Part shown: piece after piece, positions 1-12,289 of the stretch
Numbering within the stretch: position 1 is the first letter of the stretch
Layout: each line of letters begins with the position of its first letter
From: Camelus ferus
Lineage: Eukaryota
Direction of reading: 5' to 3'
NCBI RefSeq assembly: GCF_009834535.1
Contig: NC_045696.1
Location: forward strand, 108,378,001 to 108,442,000
Length of the DNA stretch: 64,000 bases
The notes under the pieces: generated by a model
The model's input: only the letters and a program-made list of their open reading frames with translations
Database searches by the model: none
Told to the model about the DNA's origin: nothing
Translations under genes and position numbers: made by a program

Positions 1-371
1 ATTCTGGTGCCAGGAGGCTGCCCTTGTCCAAGGACACAGGCAGCTTCTGAGGGGACAGCACCTGCCTTCTGGGCGGAACAGCACTGGGTTTCCCAGTGGA
101 AAGTGAAAATTCAGGGTGAGGAGCTGGAGGCCGGCCCCTCTCCTAGTGAGGTTCCCCCATGGGACCACTGTGTAAACTGGGTGAGGGGCGGCTGGAGTGT
201 TGAACCCAGGCTGCCTGCACTGATGCCTTTGTGGTGTGGAAAGAGGGGCAGGAGGACTTCTTTCAGGCTCATATTTGCAAACGGCCTCAAATGTAGACTT
301 TCAGTGTTATTTCCAAGTGAGGCTAAGTGGGCAATTGTTGCTCTCTCTTTTTTCCATCTTTTTAAAAAATG

Positions 372-510
372 TAGGTCTTATTTATTTATTTATTTAGTGG
401 GAGGGGGTACTCAGGTCTATTTATTTATTTTTAGAGGAAGTACCATGCATTCAACCCAGGACCTTGTGTATGCTAAGCATGCACTCTAGCCCTTGAGATA
501 TACCATCCCC
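372..510 (-). mobile_element. tRNA-Ala-derived camelid SINE (Vic-1 type), long form
   Basis: Reverse complement reads GGGGATGGTATATCTCAAGGGCTAGAGTGCATGCTTAGCATACACAAGGTCCTGGGTTGAATGCATGGTACTTCC, a tRNA-Ala(AGC)-like head. It is followed by (AAAT)n, ACCTGAGTACCCCCTCCC and a second (AAAT)n tail. Confidence 0.85.
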
Positions 511-1621
511 GTTTGGTTTTTTTTTTTTCATTTTGTGGTCTTTTTTTTGTTTTTTTTTTTTTTTTCTGCCACAGTTAAAGGAGTCAACTTGTTAAATGTA
601 AGCCTTTAAAATATACCACATATTTACTACTCCGTTTTGGCATTTACATTTCTTTTCAATCAACAAGGACCTTTCAGCCCAGGAAGTTGCCCGTGCCCCC
701 GTCTACCTCTGAAAGCCTGGTTTAATTTCTCCCCGCCTGCACCTGGCACCTTGCAGTAGTTTGCTAATCCCAGGATGCTGCCTTCCTGGCCATACACTGA
801 TTAATGGCTGGTCAGGGCTGAACCCACACATTTGTGTTTAATGAACTACTGAGTCAGCACCACTGGCCTTGGGGAAAGAAAAAAAGGAAGTAAAACTCAG
901 GCGGATGGGTTTGGGATGGAGTTTAGCATTGGATTTGCATTTCCTGACTCTGCTGTCCCATCTATTTCCCATTGGTCTTTAGAAATGAGCTAGATGGAAT
1001 TGTGTTTCCTATTGCAAATTTTAAATAAGGTGGATGACACCTTAGGCATTCCTATCCACCATCCCCTGGGTATAGCTGCAAATACGCTTTTAAACCTCAG
1101 AGCAATTTCCCCAGTCATCACGGAGCAATGATTGCTGTTAAAAAGGAGATATACCCAGGCACACACACGGTGTTTGTCGCTCATCAGTGGGGACTATCGA
1201 TTGTTGTCAATTTTTAATGCAAAAAATAATTAAAGACTTAGCAGCTGTTCAAAATGTTTACAAACAGATTTACTGTTAGTGTTTATCTTCAAAACCACAA
1301 GCAAGATCTGGAGATAATTCCTAGAGACATCAGCCAGCTAAAACACATTTTGTTTCAACATTAAAAGTTTTTAAGCCTCGTGTCAGGAGACAGTGCAGAG
1401 AGTAGACTTTTAGTCACTGAGGAGGTTAGTAAGCTGGGGAAAGCAGATTCTCTACTAAATGGCAAAGGATTCCTGGATTCTTCTAACTGATACGGGAGAG
1501 TGAGAAGGTGTGACAACATTGGTTAATTGTGGGATTCTTTGTTTTAGAGAATTGCACATCTGATCCTTGCGTTTGTCAATTGGCTTGTTCCAATAAGAAG
1601 AGCCACTTCCGGTTTTGCTGA

Positions 1622-1642
1622 CCCCACCCCCACCCCCACCCC
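1622..1642 (-). repeat. (CCCCA)n tract; G-quadruplex-forming motif on the minus strand
   Basis: CCCCACCCCCACCCCCACCCC gives four G4-5 runs with 1-nt loops on the minus strand. Confidence 0.75.
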
Positions 1643-2494
1643 AGGGCCGTGACTCAGTCTCTGCTCAGGAAGTCTTCCCAGTCTTCTGAGAGAAGGGAAG
1701 ACAATCCAGAAATACCATCTGTATCACCCAAGAAAACAGGATCCAGAGCAGAGTTCAACTGAGGGAGTTTGCTATGGGAAAATAGTTATAGCGGGGCTGG
1801 AAAAAATGAAAATGGGATGGTGAGGCAACCCAGAGGTTAACAAGAGAAACCATTGCCGCCCCTAGGCTGGGGAAGCCAAGGGAAGGGATGGAGTGACTGA
1901 AGCCCAGGAGCTGGGGCTGCCTTGTGGGAGCTGAGGCCATCTGGCCAATGGTGCCTTTCCCCAAAGCAGAGAGAAAGGAAAGATGTTCCCTGGATTCTCC
2001 CCTTTTCCTGTCCTCCACCTTCTCACCCATGCGTCCCAATGGCAGAGCCAACTAGAAGCCAATGGGCACATTCACCTGGGAGATACAGTTTGCAGTGCTG
2101 GGCCTGCAAGACACCAGACAAGGTGTGCAGTGGGCAAGGATGGATCTGAGGGTGAGCCCGAAGTTGACTGGTCCGTCCACTCAAGCACGGTGCCAGATGG
2201 GAGAGGGAGGCGAAGAGTGAAAGAGCCTGAAGGAGGGAGTGGATACTTCCAAGGGACAATCAAGGAAGGCTCTCTAGAAGAGGCACCACCTGAAATGAGC
2301 CTCAAAGGTTAGAGAAATCTCATCAATAAAGCTAGGGGTGGGGGATGGAAGGGCACTATTAACACTCAACTGTAACCGAAGGTAACATCCAATATGTGGG
2401 AGAGATGGTGGGAGATTGGACCAGACTGATGAGATCAGGTCCCAGGGGGTATGTAACTGAACAGGCTAGACTTGAAGGCAAGACCAAGAAGAGG

Positions 2495-2930
2495 GTTAGC
2501 ATGGGTCAGGTTGACCAGAAAGCTGACTCTCAGACATGGACTGGCAGGCAGGGAGTTGATGAGGATGGGCTCTCAGGATCAGGACAGACAGGGAAAAGGG
2601 AAGGGGTCAGGACTGGACTGAGGGAGGAGTTGGACTGTGATGCAGTCACAACAAGGACCTCAGCCAACTCCCTGGGGAGCTCTGGAGCTGGGATGACCCT
2701 TCAGAATTGTCTGCAGTTGGGGCAAGGGAGCCGGGCCTTCATGCCTTTGCACTGCCAGTCCCTGGGTGCAGGCTACCCCAGGAAGGGGTGGGACTCCCGG
2801 TGAGGCAACTCATTTCTGTCGGGGAGAGCTCCCCGTGAGGGTGGCCGTCCTGATGGCAGCTCCATCAGCAGGAGAACAGAGTCCTTCAGTCCCAGTTTGG
2901 GCCACACACCAGTGTCCTTTATAGTGGGCC
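2495..2930 (-). mobile_element. ERVL solo LTR, LTR16-like
   Basis: TGTGATGCAGTCACAACAAGGACCTCAGCCAACTCCCTGGGGAGCTCTGGAGCTGGGATGACCCTTCAGAATTGTC matches the antisense of the LTR16 family as I recall it. Confidence 0.7.
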
Positions 2931-2999
2931 AAGGGAAGGGAAGGAAAACAAGGTACCTTCTGTGTGTCAGCATTACCCCTGCGCTCCACACATACTGCC

Positions 3000-3165
3000 T
3001 TATTTCCAGACAACGCCCTGCAAGGTCCGTATCACTAGTCTCACTCCACAGGCAAGGAAGCTGAGACTCAGAGAAAGTAGCTTGCCCAGGACCCCAGCCA
3101 GTAAGTAATGGAGTCAAGATTTGCACCTGCATTGTCCTGACCTCAGGCCCACAGGACCATTCAGA
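3000..3165 (-). mobile_element. MIR SINE
   Basis: CAGGCAAGGAAGCTGAGACTCAGAGAAAGTAGCTTGCCCAGGACCCCAGCCAGTAAGTAATGGAGTCAAGATTTGCACC is the antisense MIR core. Confidence 0.65.
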
Positions 3166-3814
3166 ACTCTTACAATGGGAGCCTCTCATCTCTGTAAAGA
3201 AGGAAGTGAGGAGATGACTGAGAGGTCAATGGTGGGAAATTAGAAGGGTTTCTAAACACTTGAAAAAAATCAGAAAGATCTACAGAGCTGAAAGTGACAG
3301 GAAAAGAACAAAAATACTGATAACCGAGCAACAGAGACAGCCCGGGCGAGGACAAATGGCGTGGATGTTTTCTGGTACACGATGGGCCTTTTTGTTCTTT
3401 TTGGCCACTGTGTAAGCAGAACGCTCTTACTTCTGTTGAAAAGTTCCCCACCTTCTAAGCCCAGGTGGGGGAAGCTGAAAATAGCATCACATCAGCCTCC
3501 CCTGCAGCCAGGTGGGGACCCAGGCTCCCCCGCTCCCCGACACCCACCCAGCTTCGACGCACATAGGTGGTAGGGATGTGCCGACCTCCAAGAAGCTGCT
3601 CTGGCGGCCGCAGGGCTGATGGCCATGTCCAGCTCAGTGCTGGCGGGTGTGTGTTGCCACACAAGGACGTAGGGGCGGCAGTGGCACCTGGCTGGTCTGT
3701 TTGGCAGTGCGATCAATTTCTGACACGTTTTGAACATTGCTCATAGCTGGGTAGCCCTAAGTCTGGCTCCTTACCCCTCCGGTCAATTCTGTGAATGAGC
3801 CAATATCCTTTAAA

Positions 3815-4085
3815 AAAATATTATCTTGAAATAATTGCACACTTACATCATTTTTTTAAATAGATCAAATTAATCATTGAAGGGGTTGGGTATAGCTCAG
3901 TGGTAGAGTGCATGCTTAGCATGCATGAGGTCCTGGGTTCCATGCCCAGTACTTCCATTTAAAAAAAAAAAAAAGATCAAATTAACCACATTTATAAAAT
4001 ATTGGAAAAATAATAAACCTAAGAACGCTTCACCCAGATTCCCCAAATGTTAACATTTTACCACGCTTGTGTTCTCTGTCTCTCA
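3815..4085 (-). mobile_element. Old L1 (L1MC-like) 3' end fragment, interrupted by a Vic-1 SINE
   Basis: TTATCTTGAAATAATTGCACACTTACA ... CTTCACCCAGATTCCCCAAATGTTAACATTTTACCAC are typical antisense L1MC 3'-end words. Confidence 0.5.
3882..3973 (+). mobile_element. tRNA-Ala-derived camelid SINE (Vic-1 type), short form with poly-A tail
   Basis: GGGGTTGGGTATAGCTCAGTGGTAGAGTGCATGCTTAGCATGCATGAGGTCCTGGGTTCCATGCCCAGTACTTCCA followed by an A tail. The repeat AGATCAAATTAA flanks it at 3862-3873 and 3974-3985 (TSD-like). Confidence 0.9.
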
Positions 4086-4114
4086 CATCTCTATTTATCT
4101 GTTTATCCTACTCT

Positions 4115-4470
4115 AGTAATAGTTGTTCAGATAAGATTCATCCAAGGATGCAAAGTTAACGACGGAAAGAATGATGAAAAATAAGATGTTGCCACTGTCT
4201 CAAAATATATCCCCTCAGTCATATAGAGGAAAGAGTAAGTTCACAGTGAAGAGACCTGGCCGACGTCACTTTACCCCAGTGATCAAACTTAACATCACAA
4301 GCAGCGGGACAAATCGACACCGTGTGCATCTTTACGGGACTCGCCGGATGGATGCACCACCCCTTCTGTGACATTCCTGCCTAAGTGCACAACCTGAACT
4401 TACTCCTGTGGAAACATCAAAAGAAACCAAGCCAACATTTATTCTACAAAATAACTGTCCCATTTCCCCT
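4115..4470 (+). mobile_element. L1MC-type 3' UTR fragment
   Basis: TTCACAGTGAAGAGACCTGGC...CCAGTGATCAAACTTAACATCAC...ACAACCTGAACTTA...GGAAACATCA...ATTCTACAAAATAACTG resembles the L1MC3/4 3' UTR. Confidence 0.65.
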
Positions 4471-4934
4471 AATATCATTTTAGTAATTTCTATGAATTTT
4501 AAGGCAATCTGTAACCAAGTGTTTTATAACCTGCATAGCACCAAACCAGTTAAGATCACTCTTGTTGTTTTTCCTCTGATGAGGTCCGTGCTGGTGAGAA
4601 AAAATGCCTGAATGGGGCACCATTCCAGGGACTGACTGTCATATCGCCAGGGACTCCTGGGAGCTGCAGGTGGACAGAGAGGGAGCAGAGGTAGATGAGG
4701 AAAACTGGGGCTCAGAGGTGTTGGATTCAGTGTTCAACATTCAGCTGATGCTTTTGTGTCTGTTTTTCACCCACACCTAAGCTCTGTGACTGCACAATTA
4801 TGGCGTATTTATCCCTTCCTCTTTGGAGCAGTGAGAATGATACATGGCTAAGGTCAAGGCAAAGTGTTAGCTTTCTGAGCACCCCAGCCCTGCACTGCCT
4901 GGGGGTCTGCTTTCTCCCTCTTATGAGCCAGTGT

Positions 4935-5090
4935 GTGGCAGTGGTTGATCGATCAGGTTCTTGGATAGGTTTTTTAATCTGTAAAATGGGGTTAATGGCA
5001 GGCACAGTTCCTAGCTAGGCATTAGGTGAGGACTGAATGGGATGCCCAGTGTAAAACCCAGCACTCGGCCCGCTAGGAGCACATCATGCT
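4935..5090 (+). mobile_element. MIR SINE fragment
   Basis: ATCTGTAAAATGGGGTTAATG...GTGAGGACTGAATGGGATG...GTGTAAAACCCAGCAC. Confidence 0.55.
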
Positions 5091-6329
5091 GGCTAGGAGT
5101 GTGACTAGAGGGGCGTTGGATTGCATGGCGTGCTTGAGGTCACTCAGCCTCGAGAAGTGAAACCCGGACTGAGCCCATGCTTGCGTTTCCCATGCCAGCA
5201 TTCTCCTCCACATGCAGCACAGAGAAATGAGGACTGGCAAAGGCGTGTGGACTGTAGGTCAAATGTCCATTTCACAGACAAGGAAGCCGAGGTCTCCCCC
5301 AGGTTGGTGCTGGATGCTGCTCCAGCAGCCCCTCCCCTCTGCCAAGTTCCTCCATCACCTCCACTTGTGCTAACCTTGGTGCCGGGGAGGTGGGCAGAGA
5401 GCTCATAACTCGGTAATTGCCTTGTGGATTTTATGAGGCCGTATAACGGTGTGCTGTGCAAACTTTTACGAGTATTTATTTTACAGTGTCTACTGAAATC
5501 ATTAACATTTTCATTAGCTAGATTCAAAGGCTGAGAGAGGCTTGGCTTCCCTACTAAGATCAGTTCTGTCTGTAGATCTTAAATAAAAGTTTATGAAAAC
5601 ATTGCACACTCATCCCATGGCAAGCAGGTGTTCTCAGTGTCTTGCAGATCCAGATGGAATTAGCAATCCCATGATCAACTGTTTATGCTTTCCAAATCTG
5701 TGCTGGCTAGAAGGGGACGGATGGGGATTACGAGACCAGTCAGTCCACAGTGTTTATTACTTCTCCTTGAAACCCAGATTCCGCCAGCAAAGCTCATCTC
5801 CAAGTGACCTCATGCCTTCTGAGACTGCACTTTCATTTTGGATTCTGTAACTCCTAGCAGGTAGGAGCTTTAGTGTGGGGTACCAAAAATGATAAAAATG
5901 GAGTTTCTAGTTCCTTTGAAATATGTAGCTGTACATCATAGGTGGCTATACCTGACAAAATTAATACAGTGTCTCTAGTGCACTCAAAAGCTGTGGTAAA
6001 GCTCAGGGTTGTTTATTAGACTTTTTTTTTTTTTTTTTTTTAACGTAGCTCAAATTGTGAAAAGAATAACTGTGCTTGAGTGAAGTGATCATTAGCAGAA
6101 AGTGATCAGGAGGGCTGTACCTGGGAACCTGTCTCGGGTTGGGTAAGGTGAGGATGTGGATGGCTTATTTTCTCAGTGCTGAGGCACATCATGGAGCTCG
6201 CTTGATTAATATAAATTACACTTTGCACATTGATATGCAAAGAAATATCCTAAGAATGATGAAGAGAGTTGCAAAACTGAATTGAATCTTCCTTGTCTGG
6301 GATACAAGTTGTTTTTTTGTTACTGTTTG

Positions 6330-6680
6330 TTTTTCCCTAGGAATCTTGTTTATCCTCCTGACTTCACGGTCCATTCGTCATGACTGGTACATGCCAAACT
6401 TCCTCTTATTTATTTTTTCCCTTTTATCTTCCCTACTACTTTCCCGTTCTCTTTTTCCCTATAGGGAGCTACATTTTTGCATTTGATGTTTGTCTTTTTG
6501 CTTATATATGTTTCTGTAAAATGTTTACTCTTCTGCTGCATGTATTTTTAATGTCTGTAAGTGGTGTTGTGTGATACAATCTCATCTCCTTTCTCACTCT
6601 TCTCACTAAACATGATGTTTTTAAGGTTCACTCATGTTGCTGTGTTGAAATCTAATCTGTTGCTTCTAATTGCTCCATTC
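6330..6680 (-). mobile_element. Old L1 (L1ME-like) 3' fragment
   Basis: CTCACTAAACATGATGTTTTTAAGGTTCACTCATGTTGCTGTG is a typical antisense L1 3'-end motif, in T-rich sequence. Confidence 0.5.
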
Positions 6681-6729
6681 AGATTTTATTTGTATGGGAG
6701 AGTATGCTAATTTGAGCAAGAGGTCTATC

Positions 6730-8060
6730 TGAACTTCAAGAAAATGATTCTGCAGATTCTGGGGAGAACAGACTGGAGTCATCGGGGGAGGGGGCGCTAG
6801 GCAGCAATTTTAATCATCCAAATGAAAGGTCACCTGGGCCAAGTACTGGAAATGGAGAAGAGGGGTTTGTGTGTTGGACCTAAGTGAAGATAGACTTGAT
6901 ATATTGTGACTGCATGTCGGATAGAAGGAGTGAGGAGGAAAAGGAGTCAAAGGGGACACAAGGACTTTGAGCCTGAGGGGTGGGATGTTTTCAAGCACCA
7001 ACGATTGGAGGAGGAAACACAATAGAAGATAAGGGTGGTGGGGAGAGGAAGGGAGGATAAAGGAGCCTCAAACCTAGACATTCATTTGTTTATTCAATCA
7101 AACCTTTCTTGAGTCCTGGTTATATGCCTGGCACTGAACTAGCCTGCTAGGAGAGTAGGGCGGGAGTGGGGTGTGCAGATATCTCTACCTACACTGAGTG
7201 AAAGACAGACATTAACAAAAAAAAAAATCACAAAAAGAAAAACACCATCACAGTCTGTCACAAAGGCCCTGGGAAGATGAAGAACCCCAGATTCAGGTAG
7301 GAAATCAGGACTGAGTTCTCTGGGGACATCCACCTTTCAGCTGAAACCTGGATAAGTAGGGGTTGCCCCAGTGACAAATAAGGGGAAAGGCATTCTGCAC
7401 GGAGGAACAGCACTGCGAAAGAACTGGGCACACGTGAGGTGTGAAGGTGGGAAAGAGTTTGGCCTGTTGGAGGAACTGAAAGAAGCGAGGGGAGCTGGGA
7501 TGTGGGGAATGAGGGGAACACCTTGCTGAGAGGGAACAGAACTCAGCCCACATCAGAGGCCATGCTACAGAGTCTGGATACTAACCTGAAGGGAAGCCAC
7601 TGGAGGGCTTTAAGCAGGAAGGATCCCGCGTGATGTGTGGGGTTGAAATCTCAACGAGGCTGCTGTGTGGAGCAGAGGTTGGAGAGTAAGCAGGAGACAT
7701 TCAGGAACTGTTGCAGTTTTTCAGGTGAGAAGTGGGGGTGGCTTTGGTTGGGAGTGGCAGAGGGGATGGGGAGAAGGAGATTGATCTGAGAGGTTTTGAG
7801 GTTGAGTTGACTGGGCTCGATGATGGATGGGAATGGTGGGGAGCAGGGGGGCTCTGTGTCAACGGGGCAGTGGGTTGAACCTGAGCTGCCTGTTTGCATA
7901 TGCAAATGCAGACGTCCAGGGATCACTTGGAAATGACACTCTGACATGCAGGAGATGGTTTAGAGGCAGTGAGATCGATTTCAGAATCACCTGCGTTGTG
8001 GTGAAAAGGAAAACCGTGAAAAGAGGTGAGATCATTAAGGAAGATGGTATAGGGATATAA
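6730..8060 (-). mobile_element. L2 LINE fragments, including a 3' end at about 7080
   Basis: CATTCATTTGTTTATTCAATCAAAC...GAGTCCTGGTTATATGCCTGGCACTG is an antisense L2 3' end. GGGAAGCCACTGGAGGGCTTTAAGCAGG and GGAGTCAAAGGGGACACAAGGACTTTGAGCCTGAG are purine-rich antisense L2 words. Confidence 0.7.
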
Positions 8061-9619
8061 ATTGGGAAATGTTTTTTTGGAAGATAAAGTTTTATTGGAG
8101 ATTTAAAATTTTGTTATTCATTTTGAGACATTAAAAATGCAATAGCAAGCAAAGAAAAATATAGCATAATCGCATATTCCCATCATCAAGAATATATTTG
8201 GTCATATCTGCTACGTTGGGGAAAAAAAAAGAAATAAAATATTACAACCCAATCTCCCAACTCCTGGCAAACACACTGATGAGTTTGGTGGTGGGATACT
8301 TTTCTGAGATCTGGATTCATCTTTTCTCTCTGTGTTTTTCCTTCCCTGACTGGGGCAAGTCACAAACTCTATGCTTATAAGCCTCATGGGGCAGGGCTCT
8401 GATGTTTGTGAGGTCAAGGCTGTCTGTAGAAGATGAGGGTCGTAGAGGCAAGGAGGGTTTCCCAGTGATTGAAGAGAGTTCCCTGGGCAAGTTCTGTGGT
8501 CCTGGAGGGGAGCAGTGGGGTCCTTCTCCTTGGCCCTGGCGGTACTCTAAGCACTGGCAGGACCTCAGAGTAGGCAGCCCCTGACGCCTGGGTTGCCAGC
8601 CCAAAGCTAAGGGTGCAAGCCTGGTGGGAAAGAGCAGGGCACGCAGGGCTTCAGAGCCTGAGACAGTGGAATTCTCAGAGCAGATCGATGTTGTACTCCC
8701 AAAGAGGTCCCCCCTGTGCCTTAGTGCTGTGTCCTGCCTTAGAACCATGGCAAAGCCCCTCAGAGAAGGGAGAAGAAGCCCCCGTAAAGGACTGAGGCTG
8801 AATTTCTCACCAACCCAGCAGCATGAGAGCCTGGGGTTGGAATTCAGCTAATTAACAGAAACTAAAGAAATGCAATGTTTCTTGAACATTTGAGTCTACA
8901 GGCAGAAGTTCGTACACAATACAGGTCTGCTTAGTGGGAAGAGACCGCAGTGGAGACCAAACATGATGAGGACAAGCACCAGCGCCTCCTAGGGGAGAGG
9001 CAGCTCCACAGGGGGCAGGGTTGGGCTCTGTGACATGTGGCAGAAAGGCCTGCCGGGGAGGGTGACCCACCTACAGGGAGGGGAAGCCTTTGAGAGCTGG
9101 GAAGGAGCTGGCAAGAGGATGGGAAGAGAAGCTTGTGTAGACTCCATTCAAGAAGATTGCTAGTGGAGAGAAGGCAAGAGAAATATCTAATTTTATTTGT
9201 TTGTTTATCTTAGGGCTAGGAGAGTCTTGAGGTTCCTTCTGTCCTGAGGAAGAAGGAGAAGTAGGAGAGTCTGAATAAGAAAGGTAGAGTGGATGACTGG
9301 TGGAGGGAGGTGGCTGAGCTCTGACAGCCAGAGGTCCTGAAGAAGAGGAGGCTGCCCTGTAAGGAGACAGGGCACACTCTCTGGGCCTGCAGGAAGGACG
9401 ACTCCATGGCTACCTAGAGAGGGACCTTTAAGGCACTGAGGGAGCACGTGGTGGAGGTCTTGATCTTCATAACAAAGAATGTCCATGTCAAGAGGTCAAT
9501 GTCTCTCCATGAAGGACTTGGGAATAATAGAAACATTTTAGGGTCTATACAGAGAAGAACACAGTAAGGAATCAGTAAGGCTGAATATAAATACAATCAT
9601 AATAAAATTACCTTCATGA

Positions 9620-9770
9620 CTGCATATTATATGGTGGACATGGTTCTATGCCTACTACATAATAATTCATATAATTACTATAATCCTTAGATATTGTGAG
9701 TATTAATATGCCCACCTTCTGGATGAGGAAATTGAGGCTTAGAGAGGTTAAATAACATAATCTCATTATA
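9620..9770 (-). mobile_element. MIR SINE
   Basis: ATGCCCACCTTCTGGATGAGGAAATTGAGGCTTAGAGAGGTTAAATAAC. Confidence 0.65.
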
Positions 9771-10089
9771 TAGTATAACCCCTGGTCATTCAACAAAAAA
9801 ATCACAGAGATAAGCTTTTAACTAGTCAACTGGGCACCAAAGTCAGCCTTAATCCTTTGCCAACTGGAGAAACACAGTGGGGCAGGCTCTGAGGTTGGAG
9901 TGAATGGGATTTGTCACAGCATGGACACCAGCAGCTTGGGGTCAGGAGGATTGCTGGATGCTGGGTGAACTGGTTTACGAATTCCCTGACATTCTGATCG
10001 CAAGATGGCTGGATGAAGACATGGTGCCCAGGTCGTTTAGAGAGAGTCTGCAGAATAAGAAGTGTGAAGGGGTTAAAGAACTGGAGACC

Positions 10090-11640
10090 GAGGCAAGGTA
10101 GATTTCAGAGTTCATCTATGTGTAGGTGGAATCTGAAACCATGAAGCTGGTGAGTTTGCTGAGGGAGAGAATTTACAGTGTTAAGATGAGGGGGGCCTGG
10201 GACCAGGTCTAGAGGAATTCCAATATGAAGTAGTCAATTAAAGAAGGAGAGGTTTGTGAGGGAGACAGAAAAAAATGTTGGCAGGAAATCTAGGAGTGGG
10301 GCAGGGGTGTGTCACTAGAGCAAAGGGAAGAGAGTGGGTGTTGAGAAGTAGGGAGGGTCCAACAGTGAGGACCTGTCAAGTGTGGGGAGATGGGGATGCA
10401 AACATGCCTACGGGACTAGGGGCGTGGAGATCTCTGGTGACCCAAGCAGGAGATGTTCTGGTGGAATGATGGGGACTAAAGCCAGCCAGGAGTAGGCTGA
10501 GGAGTGAGAAGAGTGAGGAACTTCAAATGAAGCAACCTTTTTAGGAAGTTTGGTTTAAAGGGTAAAGAAAGATGAGGCAATAGCTAGAGGGTATGCAAGG
10601 TTGAGAGAAGGCAGTTTTTAAGTGGAAAAGACTTATGGGTATTTCAATGCCTTTGGGAGAAACCCATTAGAGAGGGAACAAGAGAAAGAAAGGCCGGTGG
10701 CTACTGCACATTTCCTGACAAGGCAGCAGAAGGTGGATCTTAAGCCATGTGGAGGAACCAGCCTTGCTTGGTGGGAGGGAGAAAAGGCCAGGGAACAGGA
10801 GGGAGGGGGTGGGCTCAAGCACTCAGTGTTGGGTGGGTGAGAGAGTTCCGCATAACAGACTCAGTGTTCCCTAAGAAGTAAGAGGCAGGGTTGTAAGCCG
10901 AGACTCAAGGAGGAAGCGAGGGAGTCAGAAGTTTGTGGAGGGCAGATTAGACTGGAAGCGTTTTGCAGAGTTGATGAGAGAAAAGTGGCATGTGTGCCGG
11001 ACAGGGTTGAGAGACACCTGAGAATAGTTCTCATGAGTACATGGTGAAATTGATCTGCCCTGTTGTGTGTTACTTTTTCAGTAGGACTCAACATGTGCTC
11101 CGCCTCAGAGCAAGAGGGGAGTTGGGTCCATTCAGAGCTGACTTTTTGCCAGGTGGGTGTGATAAAAGGACAGAGTGACAGAGAAGTTTGGAGTTCTGAA
11201 AAAAGTGCTGTGGAGTGATGGGCCATGAGATCTAAGCTGGATAAAGAGGTTAATAAAGAAAGAAGCTAGGTGATGGGTTGGTAGAGAGTGAAGAATTCAT
11301 TGACTGGAGGTTCCCAGGAGGCTCAAAAACCATTTGGGCAGAAGTTGACCAAGCTAGCTGGAGAGAAAGTTAAGACTTATGCATAAAATGAAACATGATG
11401 AAAAGATTTAGGTAGTTTGGGGAGTAAGTGACCAATGTGGAATAGGGAAGATGGTCACTGGGATTGAGAAAATCAAATGATTGAGAGGACTTGATGGTCA
11501 TCTCAATGTTGGATGGTCATCCATGTGGACCATGAAGTCACATGATGCAGGGGCCAACATCATCTATGAATGAGAATGGTAGGAAGATGGCATTACTGAG
11601 CAGGGGAAGAAGGCAGAATAGCCAGTATCTCTGGACAGGG
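10090..11640 (-). mobile_element. L2 LINE internal fragment(s)
   Basis: Long purine-rich decayed stretch with antisense L2 words such as GGTGGAATGATGGGGACTAAAGCCAGCCAGGAGTAGGCTGAGGAGTGA and TTGGATGGTCATCCATGTGGAC. Confidence 0.6.
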
Positions 11641-12289
11641 ACTGTATGCCCAGGAGCAAAGAATTGAGTGTATGCTTATGCCTGAAATGCCACAATTCCT
11701 TTTTTGACTCAAGACGTCGTCCCCTTTAAGTTGCAAAGGTTTTGAGGAGGAGTAATACACCAAACCTTGCGAATCATTTACTCTTTGGAATAAATGAGTT
11801 TCTCAGTAGTTTTCAGAGAATCCTTTTTGGCCAGGAGAACTAAAAAGGCATATGGAGTGAGAGGAAATGGCTAAGCCTAGAAAATGTCATCACAGTCAAT
11901 CCCAGGAACCAACATGGGGCAACTGGCTCGGGGTACCAGGAGAGGTGTGATCAGGCAGGTGGAGTTCCATCAGCTCACATCAGCCCTTGTGGGCGAGCAG
12001 GGAGCACCATGAGACTTGGCTCAAGGCTTTTCAACGCCCTGGCTGGACCAGTTTGAATGAGATCTTAGCAGAAATCAGGATCTCGGACAACTCAGGGGGA
12101 CCACAATTTACCTCAATAAAGACCATTTCTAGGCTGCTGGCTACTAACCCCATAGCTGTAGGCTTTCTAATCAGAAAGGGAGGGGTGTACAAACTTGGTT
12201 ATTAAATTATAGGTCCTTTCTCATAATGGGAAGCAGATCACATTCATATATTTTGGGAAGCAGATCATATTGTACTTCTATGTGCATCC

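Noticed and set aside
7..489. 160-aa ORF as a protein-coding gene
   Set aside because: It has a non-ATG start, runs through an antisense SINE and its TTTA tail, and has no recognisable domain.
575..609. TTAAAGG...CCTTTAA as termini of a Kolobok/Crypton-type element
   Set aside because: It is only a 7-bp inverted repeat spanning 35 bp, which is expected by chance in AT-rich DNA.
3882..3958. tRNA-Ala(AGC) gene
   Set aside because: The acceptor stem is mismatched, the T-loop reads GTTCCAT, and it has a poly-A tail and flanking direct repeats. It is a SINE copy, as are those at 372-510 and 54876-54976.
5825..6060. Possible ancient DNA-transposon remnant
   Set aside because: I could not identify termini, a TSD or a family from the sequence alone, so it is left unassigned.
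11730..11800. Two adjacent imperfect hairpins as a snoRNA or pre-miRNA
   Set aside because: The stems are short and AT-rich, and there are no correctly placed H/ACA or C/D boxes.
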